NCBI GenBank assembly: GCA_002709385.1
Contig: PAQS01000040.1
Coordinates: forward strand, 155,066-219,065
DNA from: Waddliaceae bacterium
GTDB taxonomy: Bacteria > Chlamydiota > Chlamydiia > Chlamydiales > GCA-2709385
DNA length: 64,000 nt
Direction: 5' to 3'
Part shown: piece by piece, positions 18,201 to 26,909 of the stretch
Position numbering within the stretch: the stretch's first letter is position 1
How the letters are laid out: every line of letters begins with the position of its first letter
Notes under the pieces: generated by a model
Databases searched by the model: none
What the model was told of the DNA's origin: nothing
The model's input: only the letters and a program-made list of their open reading frames with translations
Position numbers and translations under genes: made by a program

Positions 18201-19279
18201 GATTAAATAACCAAGGCTTAGATCCAATTAGTGCTGAGATTAGTGATGGAGAATCGCCTATTACTGGAGCATTTGTTGGAGAAGGTGCTTCATCTCTTAT
18301 TTTTGCTTACGATACTGTATTTGACCTCGTTGCTCCAAATGCTAATGTTCCAGCAGATACTTTAGAAAAAGTATTGCATTATGGAGTAGGAATTGCTCAA
18401 GAAAATAGAGAAGTTAGTGATGAAACATTTGTTACCATTAGCGGTTCTGCCTATGGAGTTCTTATTGATAGAGGAACAAATTCAAGCATTACAGTAACAA
18501 ACCAAGCAAATTTAGATGTTCATTTAACAGCATCTCCATCTCAAGGATATGTTTCTGGAGCATTGACTACAGATGGATTTACTGAGATGTTAATAACGAA
18601 ACAATCTACCAACTCAGTAAATACTTACGTTCATAAAGATGCTTTTTTAACAACACTAGATCCTTCTTCTGCATTTATATCAGATAGTTTGGGGTTTGCT
18701 CCTTCTCTTACAGAAAGTATGGTAGATGGAAATAATAGTTTTTTAAGCGCTGTTCCTGGACTTGAAGGATTTGAGCATATTTCATGGGGTGTTTGGGCAG
18801 CTAAAGACATGCTAGGAAGTGTATCTGTATTAGGGTATGCAGGCCTTGTTATTCAACCATCTAGTGAAGTTGCTTTGATTGTTCCTAATTTTTCAGAACT
18901 CGCTACAAGAGAAAATCCTATTGTCACTTATCGAGGAGTTTCGATGGCGACAATTTATACAGATACAAATTTTGAGGGACAAAGGGATTCTGGTACCGTT
19001 GTATTGGATGTAAACTTTAATACAGCAGGAATTACAGGATTTATCAATTTAGATCATGGAATGGTCATTGATTTACAAGGTGCATTTGATTCTAGCACAG
19101 GGGGGTATGCTGGTTCAGCTTTCATTCAAGGAACGACATCAGGCCAAGGTGGCTTTAATGGACAGTTCGTTCATGATGAAACAGTAGGTGTATTTGGAGC
19201 AAGTGATGGGCAAAGTACAGTGAATGGGGCTTTTGGAGCAAAAGCTGAAGAAAATATTCCATTGATGGAACTACCTTGA
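15281..19279 (+). CDS. giant secreted protein: N-terminal FecR-like domain, acidic low-complexity region, C-terminal TbpB/lipoprotein-handle-like beta-barrel
   Basis: 1332 aa with a signal/TM N-terminus. The FecR-like segment reads GKAVLTRADGTKHRLRLKSPIYVGDKIETGMGAFVQVDFRDRSKVSLAGSSDFTV. A D/E/S-rich tract spans roughly aa 250-400. The C-terminus, TYRGVSMATIY..GTVVLDVNFNTAGITGFINL..GGFNGQFV..VGVFGA..VNGAFGAK, resembles the 8-stranded barrel of transferrin-binding-protein-like lipoproteins. Domain calls are from memory of these families. Confidence 0.55.
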   Translation: MKENISKSFTLFYLAFFTILISISPGVIFSSENMPQAAASSKQNMIGIVISIKGKAVLTRADGTKHRLRLKSPIYVGDKIETGMGAFVQVDFRDRSKVSLAGSSDFTVEKYSYVEGKEAHSEISIKNGALGFMAGEMAKIAPENYKVKTAVATIGIRGSSGEVHTSDGSLPGVPLGLQILKTAGKGLLAEMSNMPSSPVIEINQSGSGLVVNPDMEVKTVSRMPSLMQNYTKKEEGKVAQGRMKAYKEKKKTESENKKEAASSDLEEQNEDSTVEDVSDSESIQEESVDVENDDVSEVEDTDSFEMLFTEEDTDTEESGSTGGLGGMNMEGIDLPEEEVSEDPVNIEEVATEQETTVISEDVGATVGSVNDSVNATQQQEADQELIEEYEETIEEENNQNNVDLNGKRLSLKINADQGRISNESITVTFDETLLQLLTQSTEGDSYTLDLVGIDSQSDYALIYSATENGENIEEETRALYDNLGEFYLVNHFFSDEGNDIDEMHIDFFGKRSEGPLPDSGIWFYSSEIFFDNENSTGQSTSSAGDPLHEEDNFGIIGTLHLSNGSIKNPGFNTLALVDYEHKKVAGMAASFEIHNQRYDDAFMKSYNESTSTLEIPMNAWYGNLEDDASFAGLKFYRNLGYMPSHVQIPEDIQANHEPIFEWQNELASNWEGTGSLYGTNQQGLGLSANDTSGASDQFIAAAFLNPEEDEIEIEDGLYKGFGRGLKIRDQMQAFAQETSMSNLSLNASYSTNTLTGSFQVGEEEKSVEITDTNFAVDSEILFGELETGNIDGLPLMEQSSFLMSMSLPELFFDEHEEYPDLAWGVWNLVEDGVENIIYPGQQNFWVAGVETEINTLETTLKDRLDASASLLHYEGVAIRTLVDPTFSISTGYPWLEQPLWQMGDHEDFEETIPEQPMVRTDLGRSSYTFDLDNQSFWGLNYFNDGNIVVVSGQKKGSINDSSFQASTSIFSLNGLNNQGLDPISAEISDGESPITGAFVGEGASSLIFAYDTVFDLVAPNANVPADTLEKVLHYGVGIAQENREVSDETFVTISGSAYGVLIDRGTNSSITVTNQANLDVHLTASPSQGYVSGALTTDGFTEMLITKQSTNSVNTYVHKDAFLTTLDPSSAFISDSLGFAPSLTESMVDGNNSFLSAVPGLEGFEHISWGVWAAKDMLGSVSVLGYAGLVIQPSSEVALIVPNFSELATRENPIVTYRGVSMATIYTDTNFEGQRDSGTVVLDVNFNTAGITGFINLDHGMVIDLQGAFDSSTGGYAGSAFIQGTTSGQGGFNGQFVHDETVGVFGASDGQSTVNGAFGAKAEENIPLMELP

Positions 19280-19492
19280 GTTTTGAGTATTACGAGTTTT
19301 AAAAATAAGGCTTTTACCTTTGAAAAATAAGGGCTTCCTGATAGAGTGTGGCTTGAGGGGTTTCCCTAGTAAATTTGTCGAAAACCACAGTTGGCAAGGG
19401 CGCTATATACACCAATTCCGTATGTTCGATTTAAGTCGATATATTTGGAAAGTTACACGCTTGTTGCCTTCGTAGCCCTAGGCCCAGCGTTT

Positions 19493-20515
19493 ATGACAAA
19501 CGTAATGCAAAAAGAGCTTCCAAAAGAGTTTGTTTGGAGGCGTCTACACTCATTGACTGGTTTCTTTTTAGTTCTTTTTCTTTTCGAACATTTGTTAACC
19601 AATTCGCAAGCAGCTTTATGGATAGGAGATGATGGTTCTGGCTTTATTAGAGCTGTAAACTTCATTCATTCATTGCCTTATCTAAATGTTATTGAAGTCT
19701 GTTTATTAGGAATTCCTATTGCCGTTCATATGGTTTGGGGAGTCCAGTATTTAAGAACTGCACAGCCAAATTCCGCATCTAGTGATGGATCAAAACCATC
19801 TTTAGGACAATACGGAAGAAATCGTGCATATACTTGGCAAAGAATTACATCTTGGATTCTTCTTTTAGGAATTTTCCTTCATGTAGGTCAGATGCGTTTC
19901 ATGAATTATCCTTCGACAGTTCATATTGGGAATTCAAAGCTTTATGTAGCACCTCTCGAAATGGATGAAGGACTCTATACCTTATCTGAACGATTAAATG
20001 TTCAATTGATTGATTCCGAATGGATAGAAGATCAAGTACCTAAGGAATCATTAGACAATTTAGATGTCTTTCCAAAGCTCTTAAGTTTCTATACACACCT
20101 TCAAGATCCTTTTAGTTCACCTAAAGGCAGTGAGCTAGATGAAGAAAAAGCCGCTAAATATGTTCAAGCTCAACATAATAGAGAAAGTCAGGCTTTTGCA
20201 GAAACACTAAGAAGCTATGAAATTGAAGAAGGTCAAGTATTGGCACTTGTTCCAGAGTTTGGAACAATTACCCTACTTATTGTCCGAGAAACATTTAAGG
20301 TACCTCTATTCATTTTGCTCTACAGTATATTTGTTGTATCAGCTGTATTTCATGCTTGTAATGGTTTGTGGACTTTTTGCATGACTTGGGGAATTGCTGG
20401 AGATACTGTATCTCAAAAGCGTATATCTCGAGCAGTAATTGCTTTGATGTTACTACTGATGTTTTTGGGCTTAAGTGCTGTTTGGGGAACATATTGGGTA
20501 AATTTACGATTTTAG
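19493..20515 (+). CDS. sdhC: succinate dehydrogenase cytochrome b subunit (b558-type SdhC) with a large soluble insertion
   Basis: WRRLHSLTGFFLVLFLFEHLLTN matches the b558 family N-terminus. The track ORF starts at a TTG at 19391. I prefer the ATG at 19493 (MTNVMQKELPKEFVWRRLHS) because of its spacing to the RRLHS motif. Confidence 0.65.
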   Translation: MTNVMQKELPKEFVWRRLHSLTGFFLVLFLFEHLLTNSQAALWIGDDGSGFIRAVNFIHSLPYLNVIEVCLLGIPIAVHMVWGVQYLRTAQPNSASSDGSKPSLGQYGRNRAYTWQRITSWILLLGIFLHVGQMRFMNYPSTVHIGNSKLYVAPLEMDEGLYTLSERLNVQLIDSEWIEDQVPKESLDNLDVFPKLLSFYTHLQDPFSSPKGSELDEEKAAKYVQAQHNRESQAFAETLRSYEIEEGQVLALVPEFGTITLLIVRETFKVPLFILLYSIFVVSAVFHACNGLWTFCMTWGIAGDTVSQKRISRAVIALMLLLMFLGLSAVWGTYWVNLRF

Positions 20516-20545
20516 ACTGCAAGAGAAGTGAGTTAGGTTAAAAGC

Positions 20546-22438
20546 ATGGCAGACAGTGAAAAAACAGTAATTGTAGTCGGTGGCGGTCTAGCAGGATTAG
20601 CTGCAACGATGAAGCTAGCAGAAAATGGATGCACAGTTAAGTTAGTATCAGTAACTAAAGTAAAGCGTTCACATTCTGTATGTGCTCAAGGAGGAATCAA
20701 CGCTGCAATGAATCTAATGGGTGAAGATGACTCCCCATTGATACATGCTTATGACACAATTAAAGGAGGGGATTTCTTAGCAAATCAGCCACCTATCCTT
20801 GAAATGTGTATGACAGCTCCTTCAATTATTCATATGTTAGATCGTTACGGCTGTCCATTTAATCGTACTCCTGAAGGGAGAATGGATTTTAGACGATTTG
20901 GTGGAACACTTTATAATCGTACAGCTTTTTGTGGTGCCTCGACAGGACAACAGTTGCTCTATACTTTAGATGAACAAGTACGTCGGTGGGAAGCTAAAGG
21001 AAAAGTCGAAAAATTTGAAAACCATGAGTTTTTACGACTTATTCAGGACGAGAAAGGAATTAGTCGAGGAATTGTCTTACAAGACTTATTCAATTTGAAG
21101 CTTGAGGTTTTAAAAGCTGATGCTGTAGTGATCGCTACAGGTGGATGTGGTTTAGTTTTTAAAAGATCTACCAACTCAACTTTTTGTACAGGAGCTGCTA
21201 ACGGGCGACTTTACATGCAAGGAATGAAATATGCGAATGGAGAGTTTATTCAAATCCATCCATCAGCTATTCCGGGAAGAGATAAGCTTCGCTTGATGTC
21301 TGAATCAGCCAGAGGAGAAGGGGGACGTGTTTGGGTTTACGGTGATTCCTCCAAACAGATTCAAACTGCTAACGGCGAGATGATTCCTTGTGGAAAGACA
21401 GGAGAACCTTGGTACTTCCTAGAAGAACTTTACCCTGCTTTTGGTAACCTTGTTCCTAGAGATATTGGAGCTCGTGAAATTTTACGAGTATGTGAATTAG
21501 GATTAGGTGTAGAGGGAGATATGCAAGTTTTCCTCGATGTTTCTCATCTATCTGACCAGAAAAAACATAAGCTAGATGCTATTCTTGATATCTATACAAA
21601 ATTTACTGGAGATGACCCTAGAAAGATTCCAATGAAAATCTTTCCTGCTATGCATTACACAATGGGTGGTGCTTGGGTTGATTGGCCGGCAGCAGATGAC
21701 TCTGATCGATGGGATCGTTTCAGACAAATGACAAACCTTCCAGGCTGTTTCAATGTTGGAGAGAGTGATTATCAATATCATGGTGCAAACCGCCTTGGCG
21801 CAAACTCTCTTCTCTCTTGTATTTACGCAGGGCTTGTTGTTGGTGGAGAAGTTCCACGTTATTTAGATAGCTTAGATTCATCTTATCGAGATTGTTCAAG
21901 TACTCTATTTGATCAAGCGTTAAAAACTGAAGAAGATGTACGTAATGAGATTATGGAACGTGATGGAAAAGAAAACGTACACGCTCTCCATGATGAACTT
22001 GCAGATCTTATGGTTGGTAATGTTACTGTAAAAAGAAATAATGCGGATTTATCTAAGACACTTGAAGGTTTAGAAACAATACGAGAGAGAGCAAAACATA
22101 TTACTCTAGATGATAAGAGTCGAGTTGCTAATCAAACGTATGTTTTTGCACGACAGTTTGAACCTATGCTAGAACTGGCCATTGTTATTGCTAAAGGAGC
22201 TCTCTTACGTAATGAATTCCGTGGAGCTCATTACAAACCAGAGTTTCCTGAAAGAGATGATAAAAATTGGCTTAAGACAACGATTGCTGAGTACGATAAA
22301 GAGAATGGAGGAGCTAAGATTAGCTATGAGCCTGTAGATATCCGCCATCTCGAACCTATTTTGCGCGACTATACAAAAGCAAAAAAAGTGAAGCCAAAGC
22401 TAAAAAATGTTCCCGCAAATCTTCAGCTTCCTATTTAG
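20546..22438 (+). CDS. sdhA: succinate dehydrogenase / fumarate reductase flavoprotein subunit
   Basis: The FAD-binding motif is VVGGGLAGLAA. Other motifs are HSVCAQGGINAA, RLMSESARGEGGR, HYTMGG and HGANRLGANSL. Confidence 0.9.
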   Translation: MADSEKTVIVVGGGLAGLAATMKLAENGCTVKLVSVTKVKRSHSVCAQGGINAAMNLMGEDDSPLIHAYDTIKGGDFLANQPPILEMCMTAPSIIHMLDRYGCPFNRTPEGRMDFRRFGGTLYNRTAFCGASTGQQLLYTLDEQVRRWEAKGKVEKFENHEFLRLIQDEKGISRGIVLQDLFNLKLEVLKADAVVIATGGCGLVFKRSTNSTFCTGAANGRLYMQGMKYANGEFIQIHPSAIPGRDKLRLMSESARGEGGRVWVYGDSSKQIQTANGEMIPCGKTGEPWYFLEELYPAFGNLVPRDIGAREILRVCELGLGVEGDMQVFLDVSHLSDQKKHKLDAILDIYTKFTGDDPRKIPMKIFPAMHYTMGGAWVDWPAADDSDRWDRFRQMTNLPGCFNVGESDYQYHGANRLGANSLLSCIYAGLVVGGEVPRYLDSLDSSYRDCSSTLFDQALKTEEDVRNEIMERDGKENVHALHDELADLMVGNVTVKRNNADLSKTLEGLETIRERAKHITLDDKSRVANQTYVFARQFEPMLELAIVIAKGALLRNEFRGAHYKPEFPERDDKNWLKTTIAEYDKENGGAKISYEPVDIRHLEPILRDYTKAKKVKPKLKNVPANLQLPI

Positions 22439-22464
22439 GTAGATGAAATACAAATGAGGTGTAT

Positions 22465-23232
22465 ATGAGTAAACAATTTACACTTAAAATCTACCGCGGC
22501 CAACCGGGAAAGCAGTACTGGGAAGAATTTCGCTTAGATTTGAAGCCTGCAATGAATGTTATTTCTGCACTCATGGATATTAGAAGAGATCCAGTCAATA
22601 CACAAAACCAAAGAGTAGAACCGGTTGTGTGGGAAGATGGGTGTCTAGAAGAAGTCTGTGGTTCTTGTTCTATGTTAGTCAATGGAAGACCAAGGCAGGC
22701 TTGTACCGCTCTCATCGCTCCAATTCTTGAGGAATCTAAGAGTAAGGTCATTACTTTAGCTCCATTTACAAAGTTCCCTTTAGTTAGAGATCTTATGGTG
22801 GATCGAACAAGAATGTTTGAAAATTTAAAAAAAGTTCAGGCTTGGATTGAGGGAGATAGTAGCCATGATCGTGGACCTGGTCCATCTGTAAGCCAGGCAA
22901 AACAAGAGGTCATGTATACTCTTTCTACATGTATGACTTGTGGTTGCTGTTCAGAGTCTTGTCCCCAGGTAAACAATGAATCAGAATTTATGGGGCCTGC
23001 GCCAATTTCTCAGGTTCGGCTTTTCAATACACACCCAACAGGAAAAAATACAGCTTCTAAGAGACTGCATAAGCTGATGGGTGCAGATGGTATTAGTAGT
23101 TGTGGTAATGCACAGAACTGTTACGAGGTTTGTCCTAAAAATATCCCTTTAACAGAGTCTATTAGTGCTATTGGCAGACAAGTTACGATTCAGGCAGTGA
23201 AAGATCTCTTTAGTTTTCCTGAAGAAGATTAA
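22465..23232 (+). CDS. sdhB: succinate dehydrogenase iron-sulfur subunit
   Basis: Three Cys clusters are present: CLEEVCGSCSMLVNGRPRQAC, CMTCGCCSESCP and CGNAQNCYEVCP. The ATG at 22465 is preceded by gaggtg; the track ORF starts at a GTG at 22459. Confidence 0.9.
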   Translation: MSKQFTLKIYRGQPGKQYWEEFRLDLKPAMNVISALMDIRRDPVNTQNQRVEPVVWEDGCLEEVCGSCSMLVNGRPRQACTALIAPILEESKSKVITLAPFTKFPLVRDLMVDRTRMFENLKKVQAWIEGDSSHDRGPGPSVSQAKQEVMYTLSTCMTCGCCSESCPQVNNESEFMGPAPISQVRLFNTHPTGKNTASKRLHKLMGADGISSCGNAQNCYEVCPKNIPLTESISAIGRQVTIQAVKDLFSFPEED

Positions 23233-23251
23233 ATACGCTTACTACATTTCC

Positions 23252-23283
23252 AGCGCAACAATTATCTGTTGCGCTTCTTTTTA
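23252..23283 (+). terminator. rho-independent terminator after sdhB
   Basis: The stem-loop is agcgcaaca-attatc-tgttgcgct, followed by tcttttt. Confidence 0.75.
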
Positions 23284-23313
23284 CCTTCAGAAATTGCTTC
23301 AATAATAAATAAC

Positions 23314-23556
23314 TTAGAACTCGTTTTTATATGGGCGAACTACAGAGAAGAAGAGTCCATTGAGAGTAAATATATAACTGAGAGTAAGCAGAACAATTTT
23401 CAAGAAAAAGTTTCTCTCCGCCTTAGCTCTAATATGACGTGGCATACGGCTTGTAATCTTATTGAATACAGTTTCTATCCAGTTCCTATCAAAATTTTGT
23501 CGCAGACGTAATAAATTACGATTATTTGATCTAATATTGAAAAGTTTCCTAAGCAA
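23314..23556 (-). mobile_element. degraded IS5-family (IS427/IS1031-like) transposase C-terminal remnant
   Basis: An 80-aa ORF contains LRQNFDRNWIETVFNKITSRMPRHIRAKAERNFFLKIVLLTLSYI. This follows the C-terminal pattern Y-x-x-RN-x-IE-x-x-FN-K-L/I-K..R-x-I-A-x-R..K-x-A-x-NF-L..L as I recall it. No catalytic part and no terminal repeats were found. Confidence 0.4.
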
Positions 23557-23788
23557 TCTTAAGAACTATAAACGAAGGGGCTATAAGAGTAATTTTTAGA
23601 AGGTTTTTCTTCACCTATCTTTAGAAACATCCCCTAAATCTGACCTTCATCTAATGCATTGGAAGCAAAGATTAGGTAGCTATTGAGGGGGTAATCGAAA
23701 ATATAGCTAAAGTTCTTTCTGTGATCTCAGTAACTCTGCGGTAATAAAATAGAAGAAAGAAAAGAAAGTGCTTCAGTAATAGAGGCAT

Positions 23789-23854
23789 AAAAAAAGCTCT
23801 CTCAGAGAACTGAGAGAGCTGAATATCTTTCGGAAGAAGAGAGCGAACTCTCTT
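23789..23854 (-). terminator. tandem hairpins terminating the porin-like gene
   Basis: On the minus strand, aagagag-ttcg-ctctctt (23837-23854) is followed by agctctctcag-ttct-ctgagagagct plus a T7 run (23789-23820). Confidence 0.7.
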
Positions 23855-23868
23855 ACTTTCCTCTCAGA

Positions 23869-25116
23869 CTAGAAGCTGAACACACCTGTGATCACACCGA
23901 TGTCATTGTCTTGGTGAATAGCACTGGTATTCTTTGTGCTGCTGAACACCCATTCGCCGCGAACACGAACGTTTGGATATGGTAGCCAGTTTACACCTAA
24001 GATATGCTCAGAACCTCTCCAGTTAGAGTTAACAGGATTTGTTCTTAGAACGTCATAGCGGTAGAAGAATAACCAGTTATCATTCAATCTATAAGCAGGC
24101 TGAGTGTAGAATGCAAAGATGTCGTTTGCCATGTCATCTTCCCAGCTATAGAAGAACTCATTTTTCCAAATGAAGTGATCCCAATCCCAAAGAACATCGA
24201 TTCCAACTAGGTTGTAGTCGTTGATTTCATCAGAGAAAATATCCTGCCAAGTGTAGTTATATGTTTCTTCACCGCAGAAAGTACCGCCTGCACGCTTTCC
24301 GTGGAAGAAGTTACCACCAACAGTCAAACCAATTTCCATCATGCTCCAAGCAACACGAGCACCAGCAAGAATATTGATTGGACCAGCATCATAAGTACCA
24401 GTGAAAGCATTGTACTCAATCATCATGCTGTCGTTGTCGCCCATGTAAACTTTACCATGAACGTTCAAACCTGTTAGGTGTGTTGGGAAAATTGTTTCTC
24501 CACCATGTGGACGTAAAAACATTGGCTTTAAAGCTTCCATTAACATTGGCTGGAAGTGCTCAATGTTGATGATACCCATTGGAGTAGCAAAACGACCCCA
24601 CTGAACTTGTAACCAATCAGCATAAGTATAGTTAGCCCAAGCTACATCTACACAAGAATTCCAGCAGAACTCACGGAAAAAAGGAGAGTCTGGGTCTTCC
24701 ATATCAAGAGCTGAATTGTAGCTGAAAGATAAAGCAGCAAAGAACATTAGATCTTCGCGGAGCATAGCTTTCATGATCAAATCAACTTCTTGAATGTTGA
24801 ATGAAAGATGCTCAAAATCACCTAGGTCTGAACGAATGTATGTCATTCCTGTGTGAAGGTATCCACCGAAATCAAAATGCATGGCATCAAACGCGTGAAC
24901 GTTAGCGCGATGACTTTGCTCACCATCACTGTTTGAAGTTCCATCATAACTTGTAAAACCGCCCATTCCACCATTCTGCTCTAGACGATCTAGACGCGAC
25001 ATAATGTTTTGGAGCGTATCATCTTGCCTTCCACCTGCCGCATAGGCATAGCCGCTTACTAGCATTAACGCTAGTAGAGACTGATAGAAGATTTTCCACT
25101 TGCTGAAGCTCATCAA
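23869..25116 (-). CDS. putative outer-membrane beta-barrel porin
   Basis: 415 aa with a signal peptide (LLALMLVSGYAYA). The sequence is rich in alternating aromatic/polar residues and ends in a C-terminal Phe (GVITGVFSF). The family was not identified. Confidence 0.45.
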   Translation of the reverse strand: MMSFSKWKIFYQSLLALMLVSGYAYAAGGRQDDTLQNIMSRLDRLEQNGGMGGFTSYDGTSNSDGEQSHRANVHAFDAMHFDFGGYLHTGMTYIRSDLGDFEHLSFNIQEVDLIMKAMLREDLMFFAALSFSYNSALDMEDPDSPFFREFCWNSCVDVAWANYTYADWLQVQWGRFATPMGIINIEHFQPMLMEALKPMFLRPHGGETIFPTHLTGLNVHGKVYMGDNDSMMIEYNAFTGTYDAGPINILAGARVAWSMMEIGLTVGGNFFHGKRAGGTFCGEETYNYTWQDIFSDEINDYNLVGIDVLWDWDHFIWKNEFFYSWEDDMANDIFAFYTQPAYRLNDNWLFFYRYDVLRTNPVNSNWRGSEHILGVNWLPYPNVRVRGEWVFSSTKNTSAIHQDNDIGVITGVFSF

Positions 25117-25609
25117 GGATTCCTCCCAATGTTACAGACCTTTCCAACGTGTAATGGGGGTCTTCTGCGTTTATTGTTCTACGATTCTTTATCGTTCTGA
25201 TCTGTCTCAACGAGCACGACAGCACTCGCCAATAAGACGTTTTTCTCAAGCCTAAATAAACGGAGGTTTTTAATCAAATAAATCTTTTTTATCTTTTTTT
25301 TTTATTCAGAAAACCCCTGAGAATCAACTCTCAAAGGGAAATAGATGAATCACTAGATATTGATAGTGATGAACTTAGGAATAATTAATGAAAAGGTTTA
25401 GTCTAGTGAAACAATAGGTACTTGTGGTAGAATAAAGGTAACAAAAAGAGTTATTCTGTTTGTCTGCTGCTTAGGAACGCCTGTCTTTTTGTTGCAATCG
25501 ACGATATTTTTTTTATTAGGGGACCACGACGCTAGGGAAGAAGCGCCCTTGTATTTTACAAACGGCTTTCGACCTTGGGAAATGGACCCACCTGTATCAA
25601 CCATGTTGA

Positions 25610-26347
25610 TTAGGCCGAGACAGGAACCTTTGTAGCAGACGTTTTTTCTATTCGAGTCGCCTGACGATGTGGTTTTTCTAAAATTTTGCGTACATTGTTT
25701 AAGTTACTCTCTACGCAGTGAAATCTTTCAGATAAGAGATGTTTTATTTGTACACTAACGTGCTGGGGAGAAAGTTGATATTCTTCAAGAGTACAAAGAA
25801 AATCATAGTGATTACGGGAGTCTCTGTATTTAGGTCTTCTTTTCGGAAGTTTAAGGATATTCATCCGCTCTGAATCAAATTTATACAAAAATGAACTATG
25901 TTGTATCCAGCGATCTTTAGTAATGCTTTGTGCATTACCTCCAAATTTTCGATTATTTAAAGTATAATCGTTTTCGCGACATGCAAAAGCTGGTGATGGA
26001 AATACTTTTTGATAAATTTCAGTCACCCAGTTCATAACATCTCCAGGAAAACAACCATTTTTTAAGAGGGATTTATTTCCAATAAAACTGATAAATAAGG
26101 TGTCTTCATCTACAACAACTGTTCCTCCTCCAGAAAAACGACGAATAAGAGAGATAGAGTTTTTTTCTAGTTGATCATGATCAATGAGATCTTCAATCCG
26201 ATTGGAGATTCCAAGTACTATAGCAGGGGGGCTACCTATATTAATGATACACCAGTTGCGATGATCAATACGTAATAAGGCTTCTTCAATTTGAAGCTGC
26301 TCATATATGGAAAGATTTTTAAGATATAGGGTATGTATTTTAGTCAT
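25610..26347 (-). CDS. lipoate-protein ligase family protein (BPL/LplA/LipB fold)
   Basis: The RRFSGGGTVVVDEDTLFISFI motif (RRxSGGGxV) and the length are consistent with an LplA catalytic domain. Confidence 0.7.
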   Translation of the reverse strand: MTKIHTLYLKNLSIYEQLQIEEALLRIDHRNWCIINIGSPPAIVLGISNRIEDLIDHDQLEKNSISLIRRFSGGGTVVVDEDTLFISFIGNKSLLKNGCFPGDVMNWVTEIYQKVFPSPAFACRENDYTLNNRKFGGNAQSITKDRWIQHSSFLYKFDSERMNILKLPKRRPKYRDSRNHYDFLCTLEEYQLSPQHVSVQIKHLLSERFHCVESNLNNVRKILEKPHRQATRIEKTSATKVPVSA

Positions 26348-26372
26348 GTGTATAAATGATAAAGTAAGTTAC

Positions 26373-26909
26373 TTAACGTTGGCCAATCTCATCTACATCT
26401 TCGGGCTTTACTGCATAGTGCTTGAGTTTTCGGCCTGATTTATATGCAATGATAACAAGACTACCATGTTTCATCGCTTTAACATCTACTATACGATCGA
26501 TCGATCGACCATTGACAACAGCATAAACTTTTGCTTTAGCATCGGAACGGATAATTTGTGTAAAGGCCTCTTCTAAATCTTGTGCAAGAGTACGAGGATC
26601 GACAGTAAGATATTTACGGGTTTTAACAGCGTCAACGTGAACATCAATAATCTCATCAGGTTGATCAATAATAAGAGTTTGATCAACATCGATACTGTCG
26701 TCTAAATCACCATCTACATAAGTACTGTTGCTAATAGTTCCTTGACTGATATGTGTGTTCTGAATTTGTGTATGGCTCTCATCAATGAAATTCTGACTTC
26801 CATACATTTCAATTTCTTGTTCGTTCGTCGTGGTACTGCTAGTAGACATAGCACTTGCATATAAAGAAATACTGAATAGTAGATTGAATAAGACCAAAAA
26901 AAATTTCAT
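26373..26909 (-). CDS. hypothetical secreted protein
   Basis: 178 aa with a signal-like N-terminus. It overlaps the upstream GGDEF gene stop by 4 nt, suggesting an operon. Confidence 0.5.
   Translation of the reverse strand: MKFFLVLFNLLFSISLYASAMSTSSTTTNEQEIEMYGSQNFIDESHTQIQNTHISQGTISNSTYVDGDLDDSIDVDQTLIIDQPDEIIDVHVDAVKTRKYLTVDPRTLAQDLEEAFTQIIRSDAKAKVYAVVNGRSIDRIVDVKAMKHGSLVIIAYKSGRKLKHYAVKPEDVDEIGQR

Noticed and set aside
23269-23511. 80-aa plus-strand ORF after sdhB
   Set aside because: It is antisense to the IS5-like relic, has no motifs, and begins inside the sdhB terminator hairpin region. It is most likely non-coding.
25117-25609. Possible structured ncRNA in the ~490-bp gap between the porin-like gene and the lipoate ligase gene. 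A locally G+C-richer segment at ~25500-25600 reads ggggaccacgacgctagggaagaagcgccc...
   Set aside because: I could not fold it into, or match it from memory to, any known family (SRP, tmRNA, RNase P, 6S or a riboswitch). I leave it unannotated. A cmscan/Rfam search would settle it.
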